A stretch of 32,000 bases of DNA from Candidatus Poseidoniaceae archaeon (GTDB lineage: Archaea > Thermoplasmatota > Poseidoniia > Poseidoniales > Poseidoniaceae). This document shows, piece by piece, positions 1 to 6,830 of this stretch. Position numbers and translations under genes: made by a program. The notes beneath the pieces were generated by a model. That model had not been told where the DNA came from, did no database searches, and saw only the letters and a list, made by a program, of their open reading frames with translations. The stretch is from positions 150,001 to 182,000 of the forward strand of contig CALSTM010000003.1 of assembly GCA_943789275.1 (NCBI GenBank), in the 5' to 3' direction. Numbering within the stretch: position 1 is the first letter of the stretch; every line of letters starts with the position of its first letter.

Positions 1-968
1 ACACAACAAACGACGAACAGGCAAGTGGAACATACTCATGCCGCCTAACCATCGATGTTGACGATTCCTTGTTTGAGTCGAATGAAACGAACAATGAATT
101 CCTTGGCGATTCCTTCTTCATTCAAAATGAACAAGAATTGTGGGCCAACGATGTTGACCGCGATGGCTTCAATACGACCGATACAGGAGATGGAATCATC
201 GACGATTGCCCCACAACGTATGGAAACTCAACCATTGACCGTGTCGGCTGTGCCGACTTGGACGGCGACGGCGTCTCAAACCTGAACGACCTATGGCCGT
301 TTGATTCCAGTCAAGCCTTGGATTCAGACGGAGACTCATACGGTGACAATACCAGTGGAATTGATGGCGATGCCTGTCCAGAAGTTGCAGGTGTGGCCAA
401 TGGAGTTGGTGGCGCAGGATGCCCTCCAGAGTCAACCGGAACGGATGCAGACAACGATGGCGTTGACGATTCAATTGACGATTGCCCTTCAACCCCTGCC
501 GGTACAATTGTAGGCGAGGATGGATGTGAGGTTGATGACAACAGCAATGTTGGAGAACCTATCGACCCAGTTGACAACACCTCGACAAATACCAACCAAA
601 CGGTGGACGATGATAACAGCAACTCCAGCAGCACAGACGATGGAACTGTCGATACCGATGACACACAATCTGATTCCACCGTACTTGGAATGGATCCATT
701 GACGCTTGGATTGGTAGGTGCAGCACTCTTGATTTTGGTTCTTGCAGTCCTTGCGTTTACTCGCCGCCGCAGCTCTCCAAAAGAAGATAAGATGTTTGAA
801 CAACAGCAAGCAGCGTTCGCCAACGTCGGAAACGTCCCACTGCAAGCAGATCCGACAATAACGGCGGAACAACTTGCTTACGAACAGCAACTCATTGCTT
901 CAGGATACCCAGCAGATTACGCCCGAGCATACGCAGACCAGCACTTCCGACCTTGGTTGAAGAACTAA
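1..968 (+). CDS. Acidic cell-surface protein with thrombospondin type-3-like Ca-binding repeats and a C-terminal TM anchor (5' end truncated by window edge)
   Basis: The reading frame is open from nt 3 with no stop before the TTG at 69, so the gene continues upstream. It carries repeated Asp-rich, Cys-flanked motifs: DVDRDGFNTTDTGDGIIDDC, DLDGDGVSNLND, DSDGDSYGD, DADNDGVDDSIDDC. These are followed by an S/T/N/D-rich linker, the hydrophobic segment LTLGLVGAALLILVLAVLAF followed by RRR, and a tail of about 60 aa. Confidence 0.75.
   Translation, partial: TTNDEQASGTYSCRLTIDVDDSLFESNETNNEFLGDSFFIQNEQELWANDVDRDGFNTTDTGDGIIDDCPTTYGNSTIDRVGCADLDGDGVSNLNDLWPFDSSQALDSDGDSYGDNTSGIDGDACPEVAGVANGVGGAGCPPESTGTDADNDGVDDSIDDCPSTPAGTIVGEDGCEVDDNSNVGEPIDPVDNTSTNTNQTVDDDNSNSSSTDDGTVDTDDTQSDSTVLGMDPLTLGLVGAALLILVLAVLAFTRRRSSPKEDKMFEQQQAAFANVGNVPLQADPTITAEQLAYEQQLIASGYPADYARAYADQHFRPWLKN
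150..539 (+). repeat. Protein-level array of DxDxDG-type (thrombospondin type-3-like) calcium-binding repeats bracketed by Cys residues
   Basis: At least four DxDxDGxxD(xx)D units are read directly from the translation of the 1..968 CDS. Confidence 0.6.
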
Positions 969-1035
969 GCCTGACATAACTTCCGCCTTAGTGGGGAATG
1001 CGAATGCTCTTGACCTTCCTCTCCGTGGGAGTGCC

Positions 1036-1515
1036 ATGCAAGCACTCATGGAGACCAGCGCAGGGAACATTACAATTCAGTTGTACAACGAAGAAGCACC
1101 AGACACCGTAGCCAACTTCGTTCGCTTGGTTGAAAGTGGACATTACGACGGTCTTCACTTTCACCGTGTTATCGAGGACTTCATGATTCAAGGCGGATGC
1201 CCGCACTCAGCAGACCCAATGGCCCGTAATGCAGGAACAGGCGGACCAGGTTGGAAAATCCCCTGCGAAGCATCTGCTTTACGACTCAAGCACGACAAGC
1301 CAGGAATTTTCTCGATGGCCAATGCAGGACGCAATACGGGCGGTTCGCAATTCTTCCTTACGACTGTACCAACACCTTGGTTGAACGGTAATCACGCCGT
1401 TTTCGGCGAAGTTGTCGAAGGCATGGATGTTGTGAAGGCCATTGAGCGTTGCGACAAATTACCTGGTGATCGACCCCGAACCCCACAAAAAATCATTCGC
1501 GTAAGCCTTCAGTAA
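1036..1515 (+). CDS. ppiB: Peptidyl-prolyl cis-trans isomerase, cyclophilin type
   Basis: Cyclophilin motifs are present: NFVRLVESGHYDGLHFHRVIEDFMIQGG, GGSQFFLTT, NGNHAVFGEVVEGMDVVKAIE. The ATG at 1036 (MQALMETSAGNITIQLY) is preferred over the GTG at 991 used by the ORF track. Confidence 0.93.
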   Translation: MQALMETSAGNITIQLYNEEAPDTVANFVRLVESGHYDGLHFHRVIEDFMIQGGCPHSADPMARNAGTGGPGWKIPCEASALRLKHDKPGIFSMANAGRNTGGSQFFLTTVPTPWLNGNHAVFGEVVEGMDVVKAIERCDKLPGDRPRTPQKIIRVSLQ

Positions 1516-1549
1516 CCGTCTTTACAGTTGCGAACAGCCATCATAACAC

Positions 1550-1575
1550 CTTTTATGCAAACTGGGTCTTTTATG
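1550..1575 (+). promoter_or_regulatory. Two copies of CTTTTATG (TATA-box-like), 18 nt apart start to start; candidate promoter upstream of the fumC transcription unit
   Basis: CTTTTATG occurs at 1550-1557 and 1568-1575 in the 195-nt spacer after ppiB. The second copy forms the loop of the hairpin GGGTC-TTTTAT-GACCC (1564-1579). Position relative to the ATG at 1591 fits an archaeal TATA at about -26 of a short-leader transcript. No experimental support. Confidence 0.3.
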
Positions 1576-1710
1576 ACCCGTGACGCATAAATGCTGCCTT
1601 ACCTGTATCCAAGAGGCCTATTGGGCTTGACATGCCACGCCTGTTCCAAATCAGCATTGAACCGGGTTATCTGTGCGAACTGTGAAGAAGTTCAGCCCCA
1701 AGGGTTGTTC

Positions 1711-3111
1711 ATGACCGATGTCCGTATTGAAGCCGACACGATGGGCGAACTTGAAGTTCCAGCCGACAAATACTACGGTTGCCAGACGGCCCGGTCTTTG
1801 ATCAATTTTGATATCGGAGAGGATACGATGCCGAGCGGTGTTATTCGAGCGTTTGGAGTTTTGAAGCAGGCCGCAGCAAAAACGAACGTAGCACTCAAAC
1901 AACTCGACCCGGAAGTTGGAGATTTGATCATTGCAGCATCACAGGAAGTCCTCGATAATTGCCTGGATGAACATTTTCCGTTGCGTGTATGGCAAACTGG
2001 AAGCGGCACTCAATCGAATATGAATACAAATGAAGTGATTGCCAACCGTGCCATTGAGCTTGCAGGCGGCGTTCTTGGTTCGAAAAGCCCAGTACATCCA
2101 AACGACCACGTCAATCGAGCCCAATCCTCAAACGACACTTTCCCTACTGCAATGCACATTGCTGCAGCAGAAGCAATAACGCACAAACTTCTCCCCAGCG
2201 TTCGTGCTTTACGAGATGCGTTGGCAACGAAAGCCGACGCTTGGAACGACATCGTCAAGATAGGTCGAACACACCTCATGGATGCCGTCCCCCTCACTCT
2301 TGGCCAAGAAGCATCCGGATGGGTTGCTCAACTCGATGCTGACCTGCGCCGTATTGACTTTGCTCTGGATGATTTATTTGAATTAGCATTGGGCGGGACT
2401 GCTGTTGGAACTGGACTCAACACTCATCCATTGTTTGCGCAGATGGTCGCAGATGAGATTGCTAATATTACCGGACTCACCTTCTGCACTGCTGAAAACA
2501 AGTTTGCGCAATTGGCCGCTCATGACGCCATCGTTGCAGCATCCGGCGCACTCAACACCCTTGCAGTATCCCTGATGAAAATTGCGAACGATATCCGCTG
2601 GCTTGGGTCCGGCCCTCGTTGCGGCATTGGCGAATTGGCCCTTCCAGCAAATGAACCCGGCTCTTCGATTATGCCCGGGAAAGTCAACCCGACTCAAGCG
2701 GAGGCCATGACGATGGTCTGCTGCCAAGTCATGGGCAACAACACCGCCATTACCGTTGGCGGCAGCCAGGGTAACTTCGAATTGAATGTCTTCAAACCAA
2801 TGATGATTCACAACCTTCTGCACTCCATTCGATTACTTACTGATTCATGCATAGCTTTCCGAACAAAGTGTGTTGAAGGTCTTGAACCGGTCAAGGAAAA
2901 CATTGCTGCACATCTCGAGAACTCTCTGATGTTGGTGACGGCACTGAACAATCACATTGGCTATGATAAGGCTGCTAAGATCGCTAAAAAAGCGCACGAA
3001 GACGGAACAACACTACGTGAATCAGCGCTCGAACTTGGCTATGTGACCAATGAAGAATTCGATGCATGGGTTCGTCCTGAACAGATGACGGGCCCCCGTT
3101 CACAAGAGTGA
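1711..3111 (+). CDS. fumC: Fumarate hydratase, class II
   Basis: Fumarase/aspartase family motifs [13 protein letters not shown] and the SS-loop [16 protein letters not shown] are present. The N-terminus [33 protein letters not shown] is the usual FumC start. The frame is also open upstream to the ATG at 1591 (see findings). Confidence 0.95.
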   Translation: MTDVRIEADTMGELEVPADKYYGCQTARSLINFDIGEDTMPSGVIRAFGVLKQAAAKTNVALKQLDPEVGDLIIAASQEVLDNCLDEHFPLRVWQTGSGTQSNMNTNEVIANRAIELAGGVLGSKSPVHPNDHVNRAQSSNDTFPTAMHIAAAEAITHKLLPSVRALRDALATKADAWNDIVKIGRTHLMDAVPLTLGQEASGWVAQLDADLRRIDFALDDLFELALGGTAVGTGLNTHPLFAQMVADEIANITGLTFCTAENKFAQLAAHDAIVAASGALNTLAVSLMKIANDIRWLGSGPRCGIGELALPANEPGSSIMPGKVNPTQAEAMTMVCCQVMGNNTAITVGGSQGNFELNVFKPMMIHNLLHSIRLLTDSCIAFRTKCVEGLEPVKENIAAHLENSLMLVTALNNHIGYDKAAKIAKKAHEDGTTLRESALELGYVTNEEFDAWVRPEQMTGPRSQE

Positions 3112-3114
3112 AGC

Positions 3115-3369
3115 CTATCTTGAGCCTTCAACAAAGATGAAATTTATCATCGCTTGGAAGACAAGATACCAAACGACAATCATGGAGATTAACGGCAAAC
3201 CGCCCGGTTCTGAATCGGTGATGTAGCCGTATCCTATGATGAGCAGTGCAAGACCGAACAAGAAGATGATGCGGTACAGGATTTGTGTGAAAATTTGGGT
3301 TTTTGCAGACATGATGCGCCAACCGCTGAATCCAAACCACTTTGAAAAAAAACTCCTTTCGTCCTGCAT
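3115..3369 (-). CDS. Hypothetical 84-aa membrane protein (two hydrophobic helices), last gene of the SPFH cassette
   Basis: ATG start lies 5 nt after the RHH gene stop. Two long hydrophobic segments: IFTQILYRIIFLFGLALLIIGYGYI and LPLISMIVVWYLVFQAMINFIF. No recognisable family. Confidence 0.6.
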   Translation of the reverse strand: MQDERSFFSKWFGFSGWRIMSAKTQIFTQILYRIIFLFGLALLIIGYGYITDSEPGGLPLISMIVVWYLVFQAMINFIFVEGSR

Positions 3370-3374
3370 ACAAG

Positions 3375-3572
3375 TCAGTCCTTTGGTTTTGATAATGATT
3401 TTTTCAACAAGAATTCGATTTGGGCATTGAGGGAGCGGAAATCCCGCTCGGCCCAGAGGCGTAATTGCTCGTGCAACGCAGGATCAAGTCGAAGCAAAAT
3501 CTTCTTCTTTTCCGATGTCGGCCTCTTACGAGGTGTACCATCGTCCGAGGTGTTTTCATCTACTTCAGTCAT
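3375..3572 (-). CDS. Ribbon-helix-helix DNA-binding protein, Arc/CopG-like
   Basis: The C-terminal 45 aa KKILLRLDPALHEQLRLWAERDFRSLNAQIEFLLKKSL fit the beta-strand/helix/helix RHH pattern (Arc-type RSLNxEI motif). The N-terminal tail is charged and looks disordered. The ATG at 3572 is preceded by GGAGGAG (3578-3584). The ORF-track GTG at 3590 is less likely. Confidence 0.75.
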   Translation of the reverse strand: MTEVDENTSDDGTPRKRPTSEKKKILLRLDPALHEQLRLWAERDFRSLNAQIEFLLKKSLSKPKD

Positions 3573-3586
3573 AGCCTCTCCTCCTT

Positions 3587-3811
3587 TCACATCAAGAATC
3601 TAAAATACACTGTGCTGAAAAGTTGTCCAAGCCCGATAAGGAGCAAAAGAATGATCGTGAAGTAGAACGACTTGGGTGCTTCGTCTTTCGATTTCCAACC
3701 TTTACCACGCACGTGGACTTTCTGATTGAACCAGCAATAGGCCACATATCCAAACAACAAGAAGGAAACCATGATTGGTACGACAAGACCGATGATCTCA
3801 TCCCGTTCCAT
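3587..3811 (-). CDS. Hypothetical 74-aa membrane protein (two hydrophobic helices)
   Basis: ATG lies 9 nt downstream of the SPFH stop. Hydrophobic segments are IIGLVVPIMVSFLLFGYVAYCWF and FYFTIILLLLIGLGQLFSTVYF, separated by the basic loop KVHVRGKGWKSKDE. Confidence 0.6.
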   Translation of the reverse strand: MERDEIIGLVVPIMVSFLLFGYVAYCWFNQKVHVRGKGWKSKDEAPKSFYFTIILLLLIGLGQLFSTVYFRFLM

Positions 3812-3820
3812 ATCTTCACT

Positions 3821-4819
3821 TCACTGGTAGAGCGTTCCGGTGTTTACGACCGGTGTTGTATCGGTTTCTGAACAGAGGACAACCAAAAGATTGCTAACCA
3901 TTGTCGCTTTCTTGTCTTCATCCAAATCAATAATGCCTTTGGCGCTGAGCTGTTCAAGAGCTAATTCGACCATTCCAACCGCACCTTTGACAATCTCGCT
4001 TCGTGCAGCAACAACGGCACTCGCTTGTTGGCGGCGAAGCATGGCTTGAGCGATTTCCTGAGAGTAAGCCAGGTGACTAATACGGGCTTCAAGAACTTCA
4101 ATTCCAGCTCGCTTCAAACGAGCTTCGACTGAAAGTTGCAATTCTTGAGCAATGACTTCTTGGTGGCTTGACAGTGCAACGCCTCCAATGTCTTTGTCTT
4201 CTATGATATCATACGGATACTTTGTGGCCATTGCGCGCAGTGCCGCTTCACTTTGGATTTGGACGTATCCGTGGTAGTTGTCAACTTCGAACAGGGCTTC
4301 TGCTGCATCAACCACTTTCCAAACAACAACTGCAGCAATTTCGATTGGATTTGCGTTGACATCGTTCACCTTGAGTTTCGCAGATTCAAAGTTCCTGATT
4401 CGAAATGAAATTTTCTGCTTTTGATACAGCGGATTGACGAGGAAGTGAAAGCCTTCCTTTTGTACCGTTCCAGCATACTTCCCAAAGAATTGGAGGGCTT
4501 GTGCCTCGTTTGGATTGATGATGAGGTAACTGTTCCACTGTAAGAACCAGAGTATGCCCAGTGCGATTTGGAGCAGGATGCCAAGCGCAACCAAAGGACC
4601 CAATCCGTAGGAAATAAAACACAGTAAAAACACGAAGGGGACTGCTAAGATGTGGATGGCAATACCAACAAACCCGTTGATCGTGGTTTTTTCTAAATCC
4701 TTGAACATTATTTCATCTGTAGGTTGGGTAATCGTTTGTGCGGGGGGCATGGCTTGCATGGTACTCACTGACGGGGCTATCGTAATGATATCATAAAGGT
4801 ATCGAAAAACCATCCCCAT
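3821..4819 (-). CDS. SPFH / band-7 (stomatin-prohibitin-flotillin-HflK/C) domain membrane protein
   Basis: An N-terminal hydrophobic hairpin (FVGIAIHILAVPFVFLLCFISYGLGPLVALGILLQIALGILWFL) is followed by an SPFH-like core: INPNEAQALQFFGKYAGTVQKEGFHFLVNP ... KVNDVNANPIEIAAVVVWKVVDAAEALFEVDNY ... SEAALRAMATKYPYD. A coiled C-terminal helix region follows (EIAQAMLRRQQASAVVAAR). The start could alternatively be the ATG at 4759. Confidence 0.85.
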   Translation of the reverse strand: MGMVFRYLYDIITIAPSVSTMQAMPPAQTITQPTDEIMFKDLEKTTINGFVGIAIHILAVPFVFLLCFISYGLGPLVALGILLQIALGILWFLQWNSYLIINPNEAQALQFFGKYAGTVQKEGFHFLVNPLYQKQKISFRIRNFESAKLKVNDVNANPIEIAAVVVWKVVDAAEALFEVDNYHGYVQIQSEAALRAMATKYPYDIIEDKDIGGVALSSHQEVIAQELQLSVEARLKRAGIEVLEARISHLAYSQEIAQAMLRRQQASAVVAARSEIVKGAVGMVELALEQLSAKGIIDLDEDKKATMVSNLLVVLCSETDTTPVVNTGTLYQ

Positions 4820-4851
4820 TCTGTTAAATACAACTATTGGTACGCTTTAGC

Positions 4852-5697
4852 ATGGCAAACAAGTCTTTGTTAATCGCTGGAGTAGTATGTATCCTCCTTG
4901 CTTTGGCTTCCTTTGGAATGGCATGGTCTGAGTCGGCGGAGGGCATTGAAGATATCTCCTCGGTCAGTTACATGGACTATATGGAAGGCCCAGGAACATC
5001 GTTCACTTACACCCTTGTCGACGAAGATGGACAGGGCTCTTCAGGGTGGTATGTCATGATGGAGGGCGAATACAAAGATGATGATGGCAACGGCTACACC
5101 GATGACTGTGAAAATATCAACTTTAATGTGGCCGAAGTTCGAGGTGACGATGTCACCGATGCTTCAAGCGTTCTGACGTGTTTGTATTCTGAGGATGAGT
5201 TTGAATTTTCTGATAAGGATTACGACCCGGATATTTGGGATAACAAAATTATCTTTGGTTATGTTTGTGCAACGGTCGACAAAGAAACCGGTTATGACTG
5301 TGAGGTTGGCCAAAAATATACCATTACCAGCGAGACCCAACTGTACATTTTTGACAGCGACTCGTACAATATTGCCTTTGGTGAAAGTGCTTTAGGTATT
5401 CTTGGTGGTCTTGGCATAGGCGCTGCTGGAACATGTTGCTGCGGCCTTGGAGGAATCCTGCTTTTGGTCGGCCTATTGACCGGTGGTAAACCGACACCCA
5501 TGGTGGGTTATGTGCCGCAGCAAGGTATGCAACAAATGGGGCAAATGCCACAACAAGGCATGCCACAGCAGATGGGGCAAATGCCTGTTCAACAGCCACA
5601 ATACACTGTTGGAGCCGGTATCGATTCAAGTAGCGTAGCCGACACTCCCGTAAGCCTCGAAGGCTCGCCATCGAGTGTCTGGGATTCGAACCCGTGA
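4852..5697 (+). CDS. Type-I membrane-anchored acidic surface protein with a Q/M/P-rich cytoplasmic tail
   Basis: Signal-like N-terminus MANKSLLIAGVVCILLALASFGMAWS, a D/E/Y-rich ectodomain with paired Cys, and the TM segment LGILGGLGIGAAGTCCCGLGGILLLVGLL. The tail contains QQGMQQMGQMPQQGMPQQMGQMPVQQPQ. The ATG at 4852 is preferred to the TTG at 4837. Confidence 0.7.
   Translation: MANKSLLIAGVVCILLALASFGMAWSESAEGIEDISSVSYMDYMEGPGTSFTYTLVDEDGQGSSGWYVMMEGEYKDDDGNGYTDDCENINFNVAEVRGDDVTDASSVLTCLYSEDEFEFSDKDYDPDIWDNKIIFGYVCATVDKETGYDCEVGQKYTITSETQLYIFDSDSYNIAFGESALGILGGLGIGAAGTCCCGLGGILLLVGLLTGGKPTPMVGYVPQQGMQQMGQMPQQGMPQQMGQMPVQQPQYTVGAGIDSSSVADTPVSLEGSPSSVWDSNP
5518..5601 (+). repeat. Low-complexity Gln/Met/Pro repeat (QQGM / QMGQMP units) encoded in the tail of the 4852..5697 CDS
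   Basis: The nucleotide unit atggggcaaatgcc occurs twice, and CAA/CAG/ATG/CCA codons dominate 28 consecutive codons. Confidence 0.8.
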
Positions 5698-5709
5698 TCA
5701 CCGATCACG
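5693..5709. terminator. Hairpin CGTGATC-ACC-GATCACG spanning the two back-to-back stop codons of convergent genes; possible bidirectional terminator
   Basis: A 7-bp perfect inverted repeat with a 3-nt loop. The TGA of the + gene (5695-5697) and the tca (TGA) of the - gene (5698-5700) lie inside it, forming TGATCA. Function is not demonstrated. Confidence 0.3.
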
Positions 5710-6768
5710 TAATGCTCGTAACTTATCTTGCAGTGCAGACTTACGTTCGTTCTTAGGCGCGGCTTTCTTGTCCGCCTTCATTCGACGTTCAAACATGTCT
5801 TTTTCCCAAACATGGATGCTACCGTCTTCACATCCAATTGCGGTACGCATCGTATCGACGCTGATGGATTCAAAGCGGCTTGAAGGGGCGCTTGCAATCA
5901 CCTCGCCAGAAGCGATATTTTGGATGTTGAGCGTTCCTTCAGAGCCGGACCACCGACCAGACCATAGGGTCGCCTTCTTCTCAAAATCGAATCCAACAGC
6001 AAGGATAGATACCAGTTCGCCATCGGTTGTCCAAATGTTTTCATCATCGACACGCGCCACAACAGATCCATCCTCTAATGCCGCAATGTAGCCCGAATCA
6101 AAAGCATCAATGTGTTCGATACCGCTCTTTTCGACTGCTACAGTAGCCCCGCTCTCATCTGAAACAGAACCGTTGGCGTGACCAAAAACCATCCCTGAAT
6201 CGAAGGTCGAGCCGCAAGTGATTGGTGAATCAGCCTTTGTTTTGGTATGGATGAATTCATCTTCGCCTCGAATATTGGCAAAACCGCACTTTGGTCTACC
6301 CAGCCCAAACCAAACCTCATCAGCATGTTCCAAAGTTACCCATGGGCGTTCATCCATACGATGTATCCAGCGAAGTGTGCCATCAAAGGAGAAACTCCAT
6401 ACCGCCGATTCCAAAAAATCGTTGTGTTCAATATCGTATACTGACGATACGGCATAGAGCGAGTCGTTGAACACCGTAATGGAGTCAGCACTCCCTTCAA
6501 GCGAATGGCTCCATCGAACAGTTCCATCAAGCGCATCGATACAGGCAACATCGAGTCCTGCCGTTGCAAATAAAGCGTCACCTTGCCGGTGAAGTACAGT
6601 TACTCGGTCTGGTAGTTTTGCAGTCCAGAGAAGACCGCCTTCTGCATCCCAAGATTTGACACATCCGTCCCAACCTCCGGCAAAAAGGCCGGCCCCTTCT
6701 TCCAAGTAAAGTGCTGATACTGCTTCGCCAAGAGACCTTGTCATCCATGCAGAAGAGAACAGGTCCAT
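5698..6768 (-). CDS. Beta-propeller repeat protein (PQQ-like/WD40-like), apparently cytoplasmic, with a basic C-terminal helix
   Basis: Repeated strand patterns are present: GGWDGCVKSWDAEGGLLWTAKL, ACIDALDGTVRWSHSL, FSFDGTLRWIHRM, CEDGSIHVWEK. No signal peptide. The C-terminal tail is KADKKAAPKNERKSALQDKLRALRDR. Confidence 0.7.
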   Translation of the reverse strand: MDLFSSAWMTRSLGEAVSALYLEEGAGLFAGGWDGCVKSWDAEGGLLWTAKLPDRVTVLHRQGDALFATAGLDVACIDALDGTVRWSHSLEGSADSITVFNDSLYAVSSVYDIEHNDFLESAVWSFSFDGTLRWIHRMDERPWVTLEHADEVWFGLGRPKCGFANIRGEDEFIHTKTKADSPITCGSTFDSGMVFGHANGSVSDESGATVAVEKSGIEHIDAFDSGYIAALEDGSVVARVDDENIWTTDGELVSILAVGFDFEKKATLWSGRWSGSEGTLNIQNIASGEVIASAPSSRFESISVDTMRTAIGCEDGSIHVWEKDMFERRMKADKKAAPKNERKSALQDKLRALRDR

Positions 6769-6787
6769 GTTGGTCTGCTGTACTAAG

Positions 6788-6801
6788 CCAACTTAAGTTG
6801 G
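6788..6801. promoter_or_regulatory. Perfect 14-bp palindrome CCAACTTAAGTTGG in the 62-nt spacer upstream of the beta-propeller gene
   Basis: Read directly from the sequence. It lies 20-33 nt upstream of the ATG at 6768 and 30 nt after the stop of the upstream gene. It could be an operator or a short hairpin. Confidence 0.3.
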
Positions 6802-6830
6802 ACGGGGCACATGCATCAAAATCGACGAGT

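Noticed and set aside
196-890. Several 100-170-aa minus-strand and alternative-frame ORFs inside the first surface-protein gene (196-507, 311-823, 489-890, 301-513, 520-702).
   Set aside because: They are shadow ORFs of an acidic, low-stop-content gene. The translations are Ser/Pro/Arg-rich low-complexity sequence without domains.
1509-1544. A C/D-box-sRNA-like pair on the minus strand (ATGATGG at 1544-1538 and CTGA at 1512-1509).
   Set aside because: The C box has a mismatch, the element would be only about 36 nt, there are no internal D'/C' boxes, and it overlaps the ppiB stop codon. A similar ATGATGA in the 9203-9444 gap lacks any exact CUGA partner.
5681-5693. GGGATTCGAACCC, the reverse complement of a tRNA T-arm consensus, suggesting a minus-strand tRNA gene.
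   Set aside because: The T-stem would have only 3 bp (ACGGG/CCCAG). No matching 5' acceptor strand (CGAGTGT) exists at the right distance, and no anticodon or D arm can be drawn. The 13-mer lies inside the last codons (WDSNP) of a CDS. It is kept only as a curiosity in a finding.
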